Source: a virus. From it: 6,053 nucleotides of DNA. Shown here in pieces: positions 4,620-6,053 of this stretch (within the stretch, counting starts at the first letter, position 1; each line of letters begins with the position of its first letter). Under the pieces are notes generated by a model that made no database searches, had not been told where the DNA came from, and saw nothing but the letters and a program-made list of their open reading frames with translations. The stretch is from positions 1 to 6,053 of IMG/VR virus record IMGVR_UViG_3300020029_000016; one strand, written 5' to 3'. The position numbers and the translations under genes are program-made.

Positions 4620-6053
4620 TTAACGGTTAGACAAACGAGTTGCAAATGTTTTGTTGACCAAATTCTTCTTCTGAACAGAATACGAAAGGTTGATAAAGAA
4701 ATTATCTTCCATCTTGGAAGAAAACGGCGAGTTCACCTGATCAATATCTACAAACAGAAGGGAGTAATACTGATTGTAGCTTGCCGACAAAACACGCTGT
4801 TGAACCCAATAGGAATAGATGGGTATAGCATCGGGAGCACCCTGAAATCGAGACAACTGACCGAGGACCTCATCGTAAGAAGATCGAAACTCGTTAAAGC
4901 AAGGCTCATAAGCCACAGTTTCCGCAGTCGACGTAGTTCCGAAGCCAAATTGAAATCCAGGGACATCCTGATATCCAATATCATTATAGATCGGATTAAA
5001 ATAGTCAGGGCCGGTGTAATGGAGATAATCAGGATAAATACCTGCCCAATAGTAGATAGGGCGAATACTCAGCATGTCAATCATATAGCCAGGCTCGCGG
5101 AAATAATAAGACTGGCGACGACCAAGACGCTCGTTGAAGGCGATAGTACCACCTTGCTGACCAAGAGGGCCGTTAACGCTCGGGCCGGAAAAATTATTTT
5201 GCCCCGCTTGATTCATGACAATCTGAACATTAACCGTTTGCGAAGCACTGAAAAGCAGCTTAGGTCTATCGACGTGCTCAATCTTCGACGCAAAAAAGGT
5301 TTCCAACCAATCGTTATAGCGAGAACCGCCAGCGCCAAGCAAATCTTTATACTCTTGAAGCCGCGAAGCAATAGCCAACTGCGGTATAGTCGAGACACCA
5401 GACATAGAAACGCCTTCGGAGCTACCGACGGGAAGTAGACGGCTGTAACGATCAGGGTTCGAAGGTATAACAGCCATAGGATGGGACACAAGAAATGCTC
5501 CAAGCGTAGTAACGGTCGTAGTGCTAGGGCCGGTAGCAAACTGATTCGCAGGACCCGCGGCGGACAGCGAGGTGCTTCCAGGATAAATAGTGGAAACGGG
5601 GTAGCCATCCCTAGAAGCGGTAATCGTAGCGCCAAGGTCGGATAACAGTATCTGGGAAAAAAGGTTCCCTCTATTATACGTATTGTTCGGCGACGTCACG
5701 GCCGAAGGATAGAATTGGCTTTCAAAGTAAGCGTCCAAAAATTCGAGATTTCCGAATCTTTGCGAGAAAAACGACCGGTCTTCATTGAACTGAAGAACAT
5801 TATACGCGGCACCAGTGCTATTGGGAATGAAGTACCAACTACTGGGCCAAGCGAACGAGTAGAGACCCCACTGGGAGTAGGCGTAGTAATTGCGAACAAT
5901 ATCCCAATAAGCAAGATAAGAATCAGCGGTACACCAACCTCGGGGGTATGCCAATTGAGCAGCCGAAAGGTTAGGCGACATAGGAACATTGCTAGAAGTC
6001 GGCGTCGGGATAGAAGCTGGAACAACGCGCAACCAACGAAGCAATGAGTTAGA
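4620..6053 (-). CDS. VP1: Major capsid protein VP1, 3' part. The last 121 nt duplicate bases 1-121.
   Basis: The ORF-track entry 4620..6044 (474 aa) begins with a TTG rendered as M. That codon is really internal Leu in ...NSLLRWLRVV..., and the frame stays open to 6053 and on through base 122 up to the ATG at 478. It is the largest gene and is rich in Gly/Ser/Pro/Tyr/Phe, as expected for a microvirus jelly-roll coat protein with long loops. The TAA stop is at 4620-4622. Confidence 0.9.
   Translation of the reverse strand, partial: SNSLLRWLRVVPASIPTPTSSNVPMSPNLSAAQLAYPRGWCTADSYLAYWDIVRNYYAYSQWGLYSFAWPSSWYFIPNSTGAAYNVLQFNEDRSFFSQRFGNLEFLDAYFESQFYPSAVTSPNNTYNRGNLFSQILLSDLGATITASRDGYPVSTIYPGSTSLSAAGPANQFATGPSTTTVTTLGAFLVSHPMAVIPSNPDRYSRLLPVGSSEGVSMSGVSTIPQLAIASRLQEYKDLLGAGGSRYNDWLETFFASKIEHVDRPKLLFSASQTVNVQIVMNQAGQNNFSGPSVNGPLGQQGGTIAFNERLGRRQSYYFREPGYMIDMLSIRPIYYWAGIYPDYLHYTGPDYFNPIYNDIGYQDVPGFQFGFGTTSTAETVAYEPCFNEFRSSYDEVLGQLSRFQGAPDAIPIYSYWVQQRVLSASYNQYYSLLFVDIDQVNSPFSSKMEDNFFINLSYSVQKKNLVNKTFATRLSNR
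5933..6053. repeat. Terminal redundancy, copy B (identical to 1-121)
   Basis: 121/121 identity with the window start, read directly from the sequence. Confidence 0.97.

Noticed and set aside
4748-6025. Alternative-frame minus-strand ORFs inside VP1 and elsewhere: 4748..4984, 5213..5635, 5696..6025, also 1018..1410 and 2219..2467
   Set aside because: They are rich in Leu/Arg/Ser, as off-frame translations typically are, and have no start-site or motif support. Overprinting is known in Microviridae, but nothing here sets these apart from chance open frames.
6042-6044. Start of the capsid ORF as given in the track (M at 6044)
   Set aside because: The codon is TTG and corresponds to internal Leu in ...YSNSLLRWLRV... 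The frame stays open upstream through the circular junction to a proper ATG at 478. The track start is a window-edge artefact.
1-6053. Prophage, mobile-element or CRISPR interpretation of the window
   Set aside because: There is no integrase, transposase, att-like flanks, spacer-repeat array or host gene. The only long repeat is the terminal overlap that circularises the genome.

Overview
This window is a complete circular ssDNA phage genome of the family Microviridae. It is the VP1/VP2/VP4 type (gokushovirus/alpavirus-like, not phiX174-like) and is shown as the complement of the coding strand. Bases 1-121 are identical to 5933-6053, so the real molecule is a 5932-nt circle. The window edge cuts through the major capsid gene, whose true CDS runs 478 down to 1 and continues 5932 down to 4620 (596 aa). 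All credible genes are on the minus strand and tightly packed. In coding direction the order is: 66-aa ORF, replication initiator VP4 (HUH plus YxxKYxxK), major capsid VP1, a very acidic 98-aa ORF, a small lipobox membrane protein, DNA pilot/minor capsid VP2, a 101-aa ORF, a 107-aa ORF, then a 135-nt structured intergenic region. No start codon has a Shine-Dalgarno sequence, and the VP2/ORF101 spacer matches the Bacteroides-type promoter consensus (TTTG, 20 nt, TACATTTG), which suggests a Bacteroidota host. Four things are most worth following up. First, the tiny lipoprotein-like gene between VP1 and VP2, a candidate lysis or exclusion factor. Second, the GC-rich three-way-junction element with GAA mini-hairpins in the only large non-coding region, a candidate origin or terminator. 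Third, a 19-nt motif next to that element that recurs, split into two halves, in the second non-coding gap. Fourth, the four orphan small ORFs. I saw no tRNA, rRNA, CRISPR, integrase or transposase signals. All functional calls rest on by-eye motif recognition; no database search was possible.
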